A DNA stretch of 64,000 bases, taken from Eledone cirrhosa (lineage: Eukaryota). The notes below the pieces were generated by a model, which saw only the letters and a program-made list of their open reading frames with translations, did not search any database and was not told the DNA's origin. The translations under genes and the position numbers were made by a program. Positions 1 through 13,251 of the stretch are shown here, piece after piece. Numbering within the stretch: the first letter of the stretch is position 1; every line of letters begins with the position of its first letter. The stretch lies in the NCBI GenBank assembly GCA_964016885.1, contig OZ024740.1, forward strand, positions 397,172,001 through 397,236,000. Direction: 5' to 3'.

Positions 1-355
1 GATCTCACTCTCATGCCCCAGAATTCCCCGTCTCCCATCGCAGCCCCCAGGTCCTGTCTACTGATTCCCGTATCCCTAGAGATAACGTCAGGGAATGACA
101 GCTTCCTACTCCTAGTCAGGCTGGAGTCAGGGTTCCAGAGCAAGAGAGCGGATATGATTTCATTGCTGGCACAGTGACAGTGGCCAGCAAATTGAGCTCT
201 CCGGGATTTTAGAAGGGCAGAGGCTCAAAGGAGTTTGCCATAGATTTTAGACAAGGTGGGATGTCGTTTCCAGGATAGGTTTTGCACTCTCATTAAGAGG
301 CGGGTATATGTGCCATCCAATCTCCTCTCAAGTTGTGATGTTAGTGTCCAAGTTT
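1..355 (-). mobile_element. Decayed RTE-like LINE 3' coding fragment
   Basis: Manual minus-strand translation gives ..[41 protein letters not shown].., a post-RT region typical of RTE-group LINEs, with an internal stop. It is truncated into (TA)n. Confidence 0.7.
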
Positions 356-365
356 ACATACATAT

Positions 366-442
<77 letters not shown>

Positions 443-473
443 TATATGTATATACATACATATATACATATAT

Positions 474-620
474 ATGAGGTGTGTCAGAAAAGTTCCAGGA
501 CTGATGTCACATAAGATTAATTTCAAACCCAAACTTCACACTAAGAGTTTTCTCCTTCAAAGTAATCGCCTTGGAGTATGTAACTGTAATCTTAGCTCTC
601 TACAGCGATCAAACTTTTTT
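474..620. mobile_element. Tc1/mariner terminal fragment
   Basis: Begins at TA with TGAGGTGTGTCAGAAAAGTTCC, resembling mariner TIR starts, followed by CTTCAAAGTAATCGCCTT. No partner TIR or transposase is seen. Confidence 0.5.
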
Positions 621-651
621 CTTTATAATTTTATATACATGTCCTCTGTTT

Positions 652-1328
652 CGCTTTGTTCGTTTGTAAACAAACTGAACAGCCTGAATTTTTTATGCCG
701 TACGGTGTTAAGGCAACCACGTCACCTTTTTGTTCAACACTGACACAGGAACGATGTACTAGTTTCAAGCTTGTTAGCTATCATCAGCTGTTCAGTTTGT
801 TTACAAACGAACAAAGCGGCATTATAATAAGCGTCCGCTAAACTGATACGTGCATATATGTATGTGTACCTGTATGTATATATATATATGTATGCTACTG
901 TACGTCTGTATACATATATGTATGTACGTATACACACATACTTACATTTAAGTAAGTGCCGTACTAAGAGTGAGAAATGAAATTTCGTTTTCATTTTATT
1001 TCAACTTATCGTTTTCGGTATGCCTGACCGACTTAGCTCACTCGATATGCAAATTAGGCTGCTCAGCCGTTAATTTTCATAAGGAAAGTATATACTTTCG
1101 AACGTTCAACTATCTGGCAGATGGGTATACGGTGCTGATGATAGCTAACAAGCTTGAAACTAGTACATTGTTCCTGTGTCAGTGTTGAACAAAAAGGTGA
1201 CGTGGTTGCCTTAACACCGTACGGCATAAAAAATTCAGGCTGTTCAGTTTGTTTACAAACGAACAAAGCGGCGTTATAATAAGCGTCCGCTAAACTGATA
1301 CGTGCATATATGTATGTGTACCTGTATG

Positions 1329-1361
<33 letters not shown>

Positions 1362-1420
1362 GCATACTACTGTACGTCTGTATACATATATGTATGTACG
1401 TATACACACATACTTACATA
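652..1420 (+). mobile_element. Non-autonomous PLE/retrozyme-like unit: 452-bp period direct repeat with inverted 5' segment
   Basis: 787-~948 is repeated at 1239-~1418. 652-788 is the reverse complement of ~1134-1270. Contains a hammerhead motif and ends in TA-rich sequence. Confidence 0.7.
1129..1171 (+). ncRNA. Minimal type I hammerhead ribozyme
   Basis: Stem I ACGGTG/CATTGT (2 GU); CTGATGA; stem II T-AGCT-AACA-AGCT-T; GAAA; palindromic CTAG loop; predicted GUA cleavage after 1165. An inverted copy at 751-788 lacks the 5' strand of stem I. Confidence 0.8.
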
Positions 1421-1452
1421 TATATTTACATATACATATATATTTACATATA

Positions 1453-2122
1453 CATCATCATCATCATCATCATCATCAACGTTTAACGTCCGTGTTCCAC
1501 GCTTGCATGGGTTTGGACGGGGGTAGTCCCACTTGAGGCAAGAGTGATTGTCTTGCTCGCATAGGACTGTCTGGCAGGTTTTCTACAGTTGGATGCCCTT
1601 CCTAACACCAACCACATTTACAGTGTGGGTCTGGGAGGTTTTTACCGTGTTGCCTACACGGCCACATTACAGCGTGGACTGTGTGTTTTTTTGTCGTGAC
1701 ACCTACACGATCTCATTTGTTTCGGCCTCGATGGCGCGGCACCAACATAACTTTACATAGAACGGGGTGGTGTGGATCGGGTGGGGGTGGTGGTGGTGGG
1801 ACGGGGTGTATTTTGTTAGAGATGCCTACTGGCTGGAGTAGGTTTTACTATATATTTAGGTAAGGCGGGTCTTCTCTGTTACTGAGTACCGCCAAAGGTC
1901 TCGGTCCAGTGACATTGTCTTGGAGAGGTGTAAGTGTGTGATGTCGGAGTTTATCAGCTCGTCCCAGGTTTTTCTAGGTCTGCCTATTCCGTGACTACCG
2001 TCTATCTTTATTGCCCTGCACTTTGTTATACAGCTATCGACTTTCATGCGCATCACGTGTCCATACCAACGTAGCCTTCTCTCGAGTAAACAACGTCTGA
2101 TCCCTCTTATCTCTAATTTTTC
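1453..2122 (-). mobile_element. RTE LINE family A, 5'-truncated 3' end
   Basis: (GAT)n tail and ORF end ..[20 protein letters not shown]..; near-identical to 45124-45785. Confidence 0.9.
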
Positions 2123-2232
2123 ATATATATATATATACATATACATATATATATACATATACATATACACATATATATACATATATATATATACACATAT
2201 ATATATACATATATATATATATATACATATAT

Positions 2233-4330
2233 AGAATCCCTAGAAATAGAAAAACGCTCATCAGGAAAATTAAGAGAACTAACAAAAAAATCAACAAGCT
2301 GAAATACTGTCAGCAGCAACACTGACTGCCATTTCATCACTAGAGATTAAAAAACATAACCTCTAAAACAATATGATGTCTATCATCAACAATCAGAGAA
2401 GAGCTGAAGAGGCCTGGGCCATTGAGAAGATCAAACTCAATCCCAAAGTGTTCTTTTCATTTGCAAAAAAACACAAAATCACTGGCTCTACTGTTGGCCC
2501 TCTAATTGATGAAAATGGCACTCTTCAAGACAATGCTAAAACCATGGGTGAGATACTGCAGAAACAATACTGCTCTGTTTTCAGCAATCCTGATATGGCC
2601 GATCTGGGCTGTATCGGCGATGTTACTCCCCATTACACCTTATCAGACATAACGTTTGGCGCCCCTGATGTCTTAGCGGCAATAAAGGAAATCAAGCATA
2701 ATTCAGCAGTAGGTCCCGATAGGTTCCCTGCTTGTGTCTTGAAGGCGTGTCAACACCAACTTGCATCTCCTCTTGCCAATCTGTGGCGGAACTCACTGGA
2801 TGCTGGATATGTGCCAGAAAACCTTCTATCCCAGTCTGTTTTCCCAGTTTTCAAAAAAGGAAACAAATCCCTTGCCGTGAATTACCGTCCAATCTCACTC
2901 ACCTCTCATATCATTAAGGTATTTGAGAGAGTGGTGAGATCGCGAATGACTCACTTCCTTGAGAGTAACAATATGCTGAACTCCAACCAGCATGGATTCC
3001 GTAATGGAAGGGATTGCCTGACGCAGCTACTGCATGACTTTGATGACATTTTGAGAGCCTTGGGAGAGGGTTCCAACACTGATGTTATCTACCTTGATTT
3101 CAGCAAGGCCTTTGACAGGGTTGATCACAACATTCTAAATGAGAAAGCTGTCCAATATTGGTGTCACTGGAAAGCTGCTGCAGTGGATCAAGAGCTTCCT
3201 GTCAAACAGAACCCAACATGTTGTAGTCAAAGGAGTCAAATCCAGCCCAGCCAAAGTCAGTAGTGGGGTTCCACAAGGCACTGTGTTGGGCCCACTTCTC
3301 TTCATCATCTATAATAATGACATCACTGACATCATCAAACACAGCAACATTAGAATTTTCGCTGATGATTCCAAGCTCCAAAAGGTCATCAATGGCATGG
3401 ATGACCGGATAAGCCTTCAGTCAGACCTACTGGCTGTTACCCAATGGGCGGTAAAGAACAACATGTTACTGAACGAAGACAAATTCGAACTGATCCACTT
3501 TGGAAAAGAGGATGCTCTGAAATTCCCGTACTCCCTTCCCTCTGGTGAAACTCTCGTGGCATCTAACAACATCAGAGACTTGGGAGTAACCGTGGACAGC
3601 AACATAAGCTGGGCCACGCATATAAGCAGCAAAGTTGACATGGCCCGCAGAATGTGTTCCTGGATCCTCAGAACCTTCCAGTCGAGAGATTCCCACACCA
3701 TTATCCTTCTCTTCTCCACTTTTTCCCGACCACATCTTGAATACTGTTGTCCACTGTGGTCTCCCCACACGAAACAAAGTATCATGAAACTTGAAGCTCC
3801 CCAAAGGGCAATCACGAAAAAGATAGATGGAGTCAGACCTTGACTACTGGGGTCGACTAGAAAAGCTGAAACTTTACTCACTCCAACGTCGCCGTGAGCG
3901 TTATATTATCTGCATAATGTGGAAAATGTTTCATCAGCACTGCCCAAATGATGTTGGCATCACCTTCAAAATACACCCAAGGCTTGGGCCCCGTGCTATC
4001 CGTCCCACACAAAAATCTAAATCGCAACTCATAACAGCAATACAGCACAATTATTTCACCTCAATTGGCCATGCTCTCTTCAACATCACACCAGGACACG
4101 TCAAAACAGAAACTGACCACACAAAATTCAAGAAGTCTTTGGACAAATTCCTCCAAGTAATCCCGGACAAACCACCCACACCCGGATATGTCTCCGCAAA
4201 CAATAATTCCCTTCTCGAATGGGCCATGGTGCCCAAATCCTGAATTGAAAGACTTCGCCAGGTGGTGCTATTAAGTTAGACATGGCCTGGGCCAATACTG
4301 GCTGAAACATTTCAAAGTTATTCAAAGTTA
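2233..4330 (+). mobile_element. CR1/L2/Jockey-group LINE, 5'-truncated RT ORF with two frameshifts
   Basis: RT motifs NYRPISLTS, QHGFR, YLDFSKAFD, GVPQGTVLGP and FADD lie across ORFs 2373-3263, 3139-3843 and 3827-4243. Tail is TTCAAAGTTA x2; (TA)n on both sides. Confidence 0.9.
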
Positions 4331-4429
4331 TATATACATATATATATACATATATATATATACATATATATATATACACATATATACACACATATATACA
4401 CACATATATATATACACATATATATACAC

Positions 4430-4484
<55 letters not shown>

Positions 4485-4505
4485 CATATATATACATATA
4501 TATAC

Positions 4506-4552
<47 letters not shown>

Positions 4553-4710
4553 CATATATATACATATATATATATGCATATATATATATATATATACACA
4601 TATATATATACACATATATATATACACATATATATATACATATATATACATATATATATACATATATATATGTACGTATATATGTATATATATATGTATA
4701 TATATATATA

Positions 4711-5041
4711 CCTGATGGTCTCCAATGATGTTGACTTGTTCTTCTTTTTGGTAAATATCATCTTGGCTAAGAGAGTGGGACTGGCTTTGTGCAGTGCCTT
4801 TGCTCACTATAAAAGCTTCACAGCACAGGCATTGCTTTATATCTGGAGATCTCTCTGCACTTGTCACATGGTACCATGGGCCCAGCACTATGTGTCAATA
4901 ATTGTCACAAGTGTAGTGTTTGTACCAGAGTTTTCAAGGCCCTGGCTGGACTAAAAAGTCACACTTGTTCAGCGCATCGGTAGGGTTCTCCTACTTGGAT
5001 ATAAAGTAGAGGCCATACTCGAAAACGAGTTGGCAGCCACC
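4711..5041 (+). mobile_element. Family X non-coding element, copy 1 (most truncated)
   Basis: Reverse complement of 16130-~16465; ends GAGTTGGCAGCCACC followed by (TA)n. Confidence 0.75.
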
Positions 5042-5157
5042 ATATATATATGTATATATGTATATATATATGTATATATGTATATATATATGTATATATG
5101 TATATATATATGTATATATGCATATATACATACATATATGCATATATACGTACATAT

Positions 5158-5441
5158 ATCATCATCATCATTTTACTGATTCTGGCTTGATTTCTACAGC
5201 TGTATGCCCTTCCTAACACCAACCTCATTTACAGTGAGTGCTGGGTGCTTTTTTGCCGTGGCACCTCCACGACCACTTTGCAGTGGAATGATAGGGACCC
5301 CAGTCCCTATCATCTCATTTCTACAGCTGAGTAAACTGGAGCAATGTGAAATAAAGTGTCTTGCTCAAGGAAACAACACATCACCCGGTCTGAGAATTGA
5401 ACTCACAACCTTGCAAGCCCAATGCTCTAACCACTAAGCCA
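5158..5441 (-). mobile_element. tRNA-derived SINE with RTE-derived tail
   Basis: Minus strand has GGCTTAGTGGTTAGAGC (A box) and GAGTTCAATTC (B box), TTCCTTGAGCAAGACACTT, then GGTGTTAGGAAGGGCAT shared with the RTE 3' UTR, and (GAT)n. Confidence 0.8.
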
Positions 5442-8259
5442 TGTTAAGTGTTCACGTAGGTGTTATGACAAAAGGTACCCAGCCCACACTGGAAAGTGTT
5501 CATGTAGGTGTTGACAAAAAGTATCCAGCACACACTGTAAAGTGTTCATGTAGGTGTTATGACAGAAAGTACCCATCCCACACTGTAAAGTGGTTATGTA
5601 GGTGTTATGACAAAAAGTACCCAGCCCACACTGTAAAGTGGTTATGTAGGTGTTATGACAAAAAGTACCCAGCCTACACTGTAAAGTGGTTATGTAGGTG
5701 TTATGACAAAAGGTACCCAGCCCACACTGTAAAGTGTTCATGTAGGTGTTGACAAAAAGTACCCAGCCCACACTGTAAAGTGGTTATGTAGGTGTTATGA
5801 CAGAAAGTACCCAGCCCACACTGTAAAGTGGTTATGTAGGTGTTATGACAAAAAGTACCCAGCCCACACTGTAAAGTGGTTATGTAGCTGTTATGACAAA
5901 AAGTACCCAGCACACACTGTAAAGTGGTTGTGTAGGTGTTATGACAAAAAGTACCCAGCCCACACTGTAAAGTGGTTATGTAGGTGTTATGACAAAAGGT
6001 ACCCAGCCCACACTGTAAAGTGTTCATGTAGGTGTTGACAAAAAGTACCCAGCCCACACTGTAAAGTGGTTATGTAGGTGTTATGACAGAAAGTACCCAG
6101 CCCACACTGTAAAGTGGTTATGTAGGTGTTATGACAAAAAGTACCCAGCTCACACTATAAAGTGGTTATGTAGGTGTTATGACAAAAAGTACCCAGCCCA
6201 CACTGTAAAGTGGTTATGTAGGTGTTATGACAGAACGTACCCAGCCCACACTGTAAAGTGGTTATGTAGGTGTTATGACAAAAAGTACCCAGCCCACACT
6301 GTAAAGTGGTTATGTAGGTGTTATGACAAAAAGTACCCAGCCCACACTGTAAAGTGGTTATGTAGGTGTTATGACAAAAAGTACCCAGCCCACACTGTAA
6401 AGTGGTTATGTAGGTGTTATGACAAAAAGTACCCAGCTCACACTATAAAGTGGTTATGTAGGTGTTATGACAAAAAGTACCCAGCCCACACTGTAAAGTG
6501 GTTATGTAGGTGTTATGACAAAAGGTACCCAGCCCACACTGGAAAGTGTTCGTGTAGGTGTTGACAAAATGTACCCAGCCCACACTGTAAAGTGGTTATG
6601 TAGGTGTTATGACAGAAAGTACCCAGCCCACACTGTAAAGTGGTTATGTAGGTGTTATGACAGAAAGTACCCAGCCCACACTGTAAAGTGGTTATGTAGG
6701 TGTTATGACAGAAAGTACCCAGCCCACACTGTAAAGTGGTTATGTAGGTGTTATGACAAAAAGTACCCAGCCCACACTGTAAAGTGGTTATGTAGGTGTT
6801 ATGACAAAAAGTAGCCAGCCCACACTGTAAAGTGGTTATGTAGGTGTTATGACAAAAAGTACCCAGCACACACTGTAAAGTGGTTATGTAGGTGTTATGA
6901 CAAAAAGTACCCAGCCCACACTGTAAAGTGGTTATGTAGGTGTTATGACAAAAGGTACCCAGCCCACACTGTAAAGTGTTCATGTAGGTGTTGACAAAAA
7001 GTACCCAGCCCACACTGTAAAGTGTTCATGTAGGTGTTGACAAAAAGTACCCAGCCCACACTGGAAAGTGTTCATGTAGGTGTTGACAAAAAGTACCCAG
7101 CCCACACTGTAAAGTGGTTATGTAGGTGTTATGACAGAAAGTACCCAGCCCACACTGTAAAGTGGTTATGTAGGTGTTATGACAAAAAGTACCCAGCCCA
7201 CACTGTAAAGTGGTTATGTAGGTGTTATGACAAAAAGTACCCAGCCCACACTGTAAAGTGGTTATGTAGGTGTTATGACAAAAAGTACCCAGCCCACACT
7301 GTAAAGTGGTCATGTAGGTGTTGTGACAAAAGTATCCAGCACACACTGTAAAGTGGTTATGTAGGTGTTATGACAAAAAGTACCCAGCCCACACTGGAAA
7401 GTGTTCATGTAGGTGTTGTGACAAAAGTATCCAGCACACACTGTAAAGTGGTTATGTAGGTGTTATGACAAAAAGTACCCAGCCCACACTGTAAAGTGGT
7501 TATGTAGGTGTTATGACAAAAAGTACCCAGCCCACACTGTAAAGTGGTCATGTAGGTGTTGTGACAAAAGTATCCAGCACACACTGTAAAGTGGTTATGT
7601 AGGTGTTATGACAAAAAGTACCCAGCCCACACTGGAAAGTGTTCATGTAGGTGTTGTGACAAAAAGTACCCAGCACACACTGTAAAGTGGTTATGTAGGT
7701 GTTATGACAAAAAGTACCCAGCACACACTGTAAAGTGGTTATGTAGGTGTTATGACAAAAAGTACCCAGCCCACACTGTAAAGTGGTTATGTAGGTGTTA
7801 TGACAAAAAGTACCCAGCCCACACTGTAAAGTGGTCATGTAGGTGTTGTGACAAAAGTATCCAGCACACACTGTAAAGTGGTTATGTAGGTGTTATGACA
7901 AAAAGTACCCAGCCCACACTGTAAAGTGTTCATGTAGGTGTTGTGACAAAAGTATCCAGCACACACTGTAAAGTGGTTATGTAGGTGTTGTGACAAAAGG
8001 TACCCAGCCCACACTGTAAAGTGGTTATGTAGCTGTTATGACAAAAAGTACCCAGCCCACACTGTAAAGTGGTTATGTAGGTGTTATGACAAAAAGTACC
8101 CAGCCCACACTGTAAAGTGGTTATGTAGGTGTTATGACAAAAAGTACCCAGCCCACACTGTAAAGTGGTTATGTAGGTGTTGTGACAAAAGTATCCAGCC
8201 CACACTGTAAAGTGTTCATGTAGGTGTTATGACAAAAAGTACCCAACACACACTGTAAA
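5442..8259 (+). repeat. 48-bp minisatellite (~58 copies)
   Basis: Unit GTACCCAGCCCACACTGTAAAGTGGTTATGTAGGTGTTATGACAAAAA (16-aa periodicity in the ORF track), with 46-47-bp variants. It runs directly into an RTE-type tail (8260-8415) ending GATGATGAT. Confidence 0.95.
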
Positions 8260-8569
8260 TGTGATTGGCATTAGGAAGGGCATCAAGCCATAGAAACCTA
8301 GCCAGAAACAGTTCTATATGAATAAGACATGGTCACCTGACCCAACTTGCCTCAAATGAGACAACCCGTCTAACCGATGCTAGCGTGAAAAATGGACGTC
8401 AAACGATGATGATTATTACATATATATATCTATATATATATATTAAATGGTTTATACATTATACATATCAATAAGATTGATATTCAGTTCAAATTGCTGA
8501 AATCTGACTCTTGCATGAAAGACATGCAAAAGAAAAAAAATCTAGAGTAGTTTCATTTTAGGGAGGAAG

Positions 8570-9020
8570 GACTGGACATAGTAGTCAGTGCAGGTCAAGG
8601 GAGTATTGGATATAATATGGGGAGTGAGAGGAAGGGTGACAAGTGAGGCAGGAGTGCTTGAGTGATGGTGGCTTGAGGTCAGTCAGCTCTGAGGAGTAGT
8701 TGCCATTGTAGTAGTGGTAGAAATGTAGGCCAGAGGCTGGAGCATATCTGTAACTGAATTTATATTGATTAGACGAATGGCACCTTTCTGATTGTGGTTT
8801 AGGATGTATGTATGAGTTGCAGCAGTGCCATCCCAGATGTGGGACGTCCACACTATTGTAGATGCAGTTCTAGCAATGTTTAGGTTTAGGATGTACATTT
8901 GCCATGAGGGATCTTTTGTAATAATGAGGCCTAGTTGTTGGAGTGAACATGAGACATCTAATTGCATGTTATTCATGTTTATAGGTGGTGAGGTGTGGCA
9001 ATGTTTTAGTTCCATACATA
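8570..9020 (-). mobile_element. Old Jockey/CR1-group LINE RT C-terminal remnant
   Basis: Pieces such as LGLIITKDPSW, HIWDG, QKGAIRLI, LQPL and FYHYYNG..SSEL occur in shifting frames. Confidence 0.6.
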
Positions 9021-9458
9021 CAATCAGTAAGGCAAATGAAGAAAAACAATAAAAAGAAATCAAATCTTTCTCTGATTTGGTTTCAGTTACTTGATTAGTC
9101 TGCTGCCGTACAGGGGCAACGTCTTAAATAGTTTCAGTGATTATATTATGCCAGTATTTATTTCAATCTATTACTTATTATTGATCTCTGTTTGCTGTAC
9201 TATTATGTTATGGGACACATTGAATAATTGTTTAGAACTGCAATTATATTTTGCCCAGAAATTGTCCAATGACTGGGTCATCTTTTTCCTAAGCAATGTT
9301 GAGTATTATTGCTAGATTCTTAGTTTAAAACACCTACATCTACTTATCCACAACATTGTAAATTGTGATTTGGATGTATGTATGTTACTAAATACCATCA
9401 ATTCATCACATCATGAATGATGAAGGATTTAGATTTTGTATGAGCATACCAATATGGT

Positions 9459-9512
9459 TACCGTATATACTCAAATATAAGCCAATCTGAATAAAAGCAG
9501 ACCCCCTATTTT
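9459..9512. mobile_element. Possible pogo/Tc2-like TIR remnant
   Basis: TA-CCGTATATACTCAAATATAAGCC resembles pogo/Tc2-type termini; no partner is seen. Confidence 0.35.
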
Positions 9513-10669
9513 ATGTCTGAGAAATAGGTAAAAATCCAAACTTTAGAAATTCTCAGTAGAGAATATATTTATGAAGTTTTAATATTTTTATAGTTAAAAT
9601 ATTTTAAGCAATTATTTTTCACCAATTTCCATATTCATTTAAAACAAAAAATAATAGGAAATATGAATTCCACTTTCAAAGTGTAATATTATTTGCAGTT
9701 TGATTCAGCATTATACAAAATGTGACAATTATACATATCTGAGTTACATGTACAGTCCATCTGATAGTCTTCCATTGATTCTGTTTACCAAATCTCACTC
9801 AGAATTTTTTGGTTGGCCTGAGGCTATAGTAAAACACATTTGACCAAGAGGACCTCTTTATTGTGAACCTATCTTCTCAGCCATTTGGCGACACCTGCAT
9901 CCCCACATTTCTCAAAACCCATAGATATACATGCACACACACACACACACACATAGACAAACAGACATTTTTTCACAAGGACATACAGATATTTTTTCAC
10001 AAGGACATACAGATATTTATACATATACATACAGTGCTAAATTCAGGCCATGTGATGCTCTAAGCACAGTCCAATAATGGTGACCTTTCTACTATTCAAT
10101 TCTATAAGTGACAAAATATTGAGATATAATAAATTGTGCATGTGAAAGATTAAAATTCAGTTCTTTTTAAGTCATCCTCCAGGCCAAAGCCCATAATTCT
10201 ATCAAATATAATTCACTTCTTTTTACAAGAAAACTGTCATGAAAATTCACAGTACTACAATAAATACTTGAAGTTTTAATGTGATTCAGCTATAGTGCTG
10301 TATTGTACTTTTCAAGAATGTCTTGTTAATGTAGTTACATGCAATACAGGACATTGCAAGTTATATTATATTCATGAAATACTAAATGATATTCAGCAAC
10401 ATAAGTTTGTTTCATTTTAATGATGACAATAAGATATAGTTTTCAATGATTTTAAAACCATTTTTTATGAAAAGTTGTAATTTTCATTTTCAAAAACTCT
10501 GTGCTGCTCTCTTTCCATTGATGCCCTAAGCACAGATTTATAATCTGTTGTGAAACTAATATTAATATTTTGTACTGCCTCTTCACTTCCTTGTTGTTTT
10601 TTTTTTGTTTACTGTTTCAACTATAATATATATATATATATATTATAGTGGGTTATATATATATATATA

Positions 10670-10671
<2 letters not shown>

Positions 10672-10727
<56 letters not shown>
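10672..10727. repeat. (AG)n microsatellite
   Basis: Direct reading. Confidence 0.95.
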
Positions 10728-10729
<2 letters not shown>

Positions 10730-10972
10730 TGTGCGTTAGAACTCATGCCATAACAAAATGCACCTAGTCCAACCTGTAAGGTGCTGGTGCTGGACAATAT
10801 TTCCAGTACATGATGTAAAGTGGTTGAACATAGAAAGAACATCCAGCCATAGAAACTAAGCCAAAAACAGAACTTATAAACCCCAGAAAGTGAGAACCAG
10901 TTTAACCATTGCAAGCATGGAACATAGACTTTAAATGGTGATGATGATAAGTATATAAACATACACACACAC

Positions 10973-11080
<108 letters not shown>

Positions 11081-11104
11081 TATGCATACAGACACACACA
11101 CATG

Positions 11105-11478
11105 ACTTAGTGGTTAGAGCATTGGCCTTGCAATCGAAAGGTTGTGAGTTCAATTCTCAGACCGGGTGATGTGTTGTTTCCTTGAGCAAGACCCTTTATT
11201 TCACATTGCTCCAGTTCACTCAGCTGTAGAAATGAGATCATAGGACTGGTGTCCCTATCATTCCACTGCAAAGTGGTCATGGAGGTGCCATGGCAAAAAA
11301 CACCCAGCTCACACAGTAAAGTGGACGTGTAGGCGCCATGGAAAAAAAGCACCCACCACTCACTGTAAATGAGGTTGGTGTTAGGAAGGGCATCCAGCTG
11401 TAGAAATCAAGCCAGAATCATTTCCCGTCCCACCATTGCAAGCAGGGAAAAGTGGACATAAAATGAACTGATGATGAT
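11105..11478 (+). mobile_element. tRNA-derived SINE with RTE-derived tail (same family as 5158-5441)
   Basis: A box TTAGTGGTTAG and B box GAGTTCAATTC; the tail matches RTE family B 3' UTR (43020-43150) and ends GATGATGAT. Confidence 0.85.
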
Positions 11479-11509
11479 ATATATATATATCATATATATA
11501 TGTGCATGT

Positions 11510-11757
11510 AGTTAGAATATCTCTGGGAAAAAAATCACTGGACAGATTTCATGGGCAAAACCAACCAGTAGGAGACCCAGAGGCTGACCCCAAGCAAGAT
11601 GGTTGAATAACATCCATACATTGGCTGGTCTCGCTTGGGGATCCAGCTGGATCAGTTGAAGACAGTTGCTTCTGAAAGAAACTGCTGGAAGGAATGTTTG
11701 AAGACACTGCTCCCACCACCCTCTCAGGAATAAGTGGCCGAAGAAGAATAGAAGAAA
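11510..11757 (+). mobile_element. Old RTE-like 3' end (related copy at ~26400-26610)
   Basis: Decayed RP..RW..NI motif and GAA-type tail; shares TTGGCTGGTCTCGCTTGG-like sequence with 26505-26530. Confidence 0.5.
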
Positions 11758-11807
11758 ATATAAATAAGATATATATATATGAGTGTTAAGCTTTCTACAT
11801 GTATGTA

Positions 11808-11839
<32 letters not shown>

Positions 11840-11956
11840 CACATACAAATCTTAACACACACATACATATATATATATATACACATATACATGTATGTAC
11901 ATATATATTTAAATATATATAATGTATAAATATAATGTGTGTTAAGCATCCTACAA

Positions 11957-11997
<41 letters not shown>

Positions 11998-12130
11998 TAT
12001 ATATATATATACACATATATATATATACACATATATATATATATACACATATATATATATATATACACACATATATATATATATATATACACACATATAT
12101 ATATATATATACACATATATATATATATAT

Positions 12131-12165
<35 letters not shown>

Positions 12166-12168
<3 letters not shown>

Positions 12169-12743
12169 CATCATCATCATCATCATCACCGTTTTACGTC
12201 CGTTCTTCCACGCTAGCATGGGTTAGACGGGTTGTCCTGTTGTGGGCAGTGTCTGGTCGGCTGACCATGCCTTGCTCATACAGGAACTGATCTGGCTTGA
12301 TTTCTACAGCTGGATGCCCTTCCTAACACCAACCTCATTTACAGTGAGTGCTGGGTGCTTTTTCGTGGCGCCTACATGTCCACTTTACAGTGTGGGCTGG
12401 GTGCTTTTTTGCCTTGGCACCTCCACGACCACCTTGCGGTGGGGGGGGGGGGGCATATTGTTTATATGCTTCAGCATGTACCCATGGGAGGTCGGGTACC
12501 CTGTATTACTGCGTGACGCCAGAAGTCACGGTCGTGTGTCATTGACTTTGAGAGGTGTAGTTGGGTAAGGTCGGCTTTTATCACCTCATCCCAAGTCATC
12601 TTGGGTCTCCCCACTCCGCGGTTTCCATCAACTTCTAGTGCTCTGCACCTTTTTATGCAGCTGTCATCCTTCATACGCATCACATGTCCATACCAGCGTA
12701 ACCGCCTCTCCTGCACGCAGCATTTGATTCCTCTTATGCTCAG

Positions 12744-12753
<10 letters not shown>
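12166..12753 (-). mobile_element. RTE LINE family B, 5'-truncated 3' end
   Basis: Near-identical reverse complement of 42684-43267; (GAT)n tail. Confidence 0.9.
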
Positions 12754-12788
<35 letters not shown>

Positions 12789-12893
12789 TATATATATATA
12801 TATACACACACATATATATATATATATATACACACACATATATATATATATACACACATATATCTATATATATACACATATATATATATATAT

Positions 12894-12934
<41 letters not shown>

Positions 12935-12967
12935 TATATATATATATACACATATATATATATATAT

Positions 12968-13006
<39 letters not shown>

Positions 13007-13039
13007 TATATATATATATACACATATATATATATATAT

Positions 13040-13146
<107 letters not shown>

Positions 13147-13251
13147 TATATATAAATATATATACACATATATATATATATATATATATAAATATATATA
13201 CACATATATATATATATACACATATATATATATATATACACATATATATAT

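Noticed and set aside
5442-8259. CRISPR-like regular array or 16-aa repeat protein
   Set aside because: Units are contiguous with no unique spacers and no cas genes; frames are broken by 46-47-bp variants; the context is eukaryotic.
11105-11165. tRNA gene
   Set aside because: A/B boxes only; no full cloverleaf, and it continues into a SINE body.
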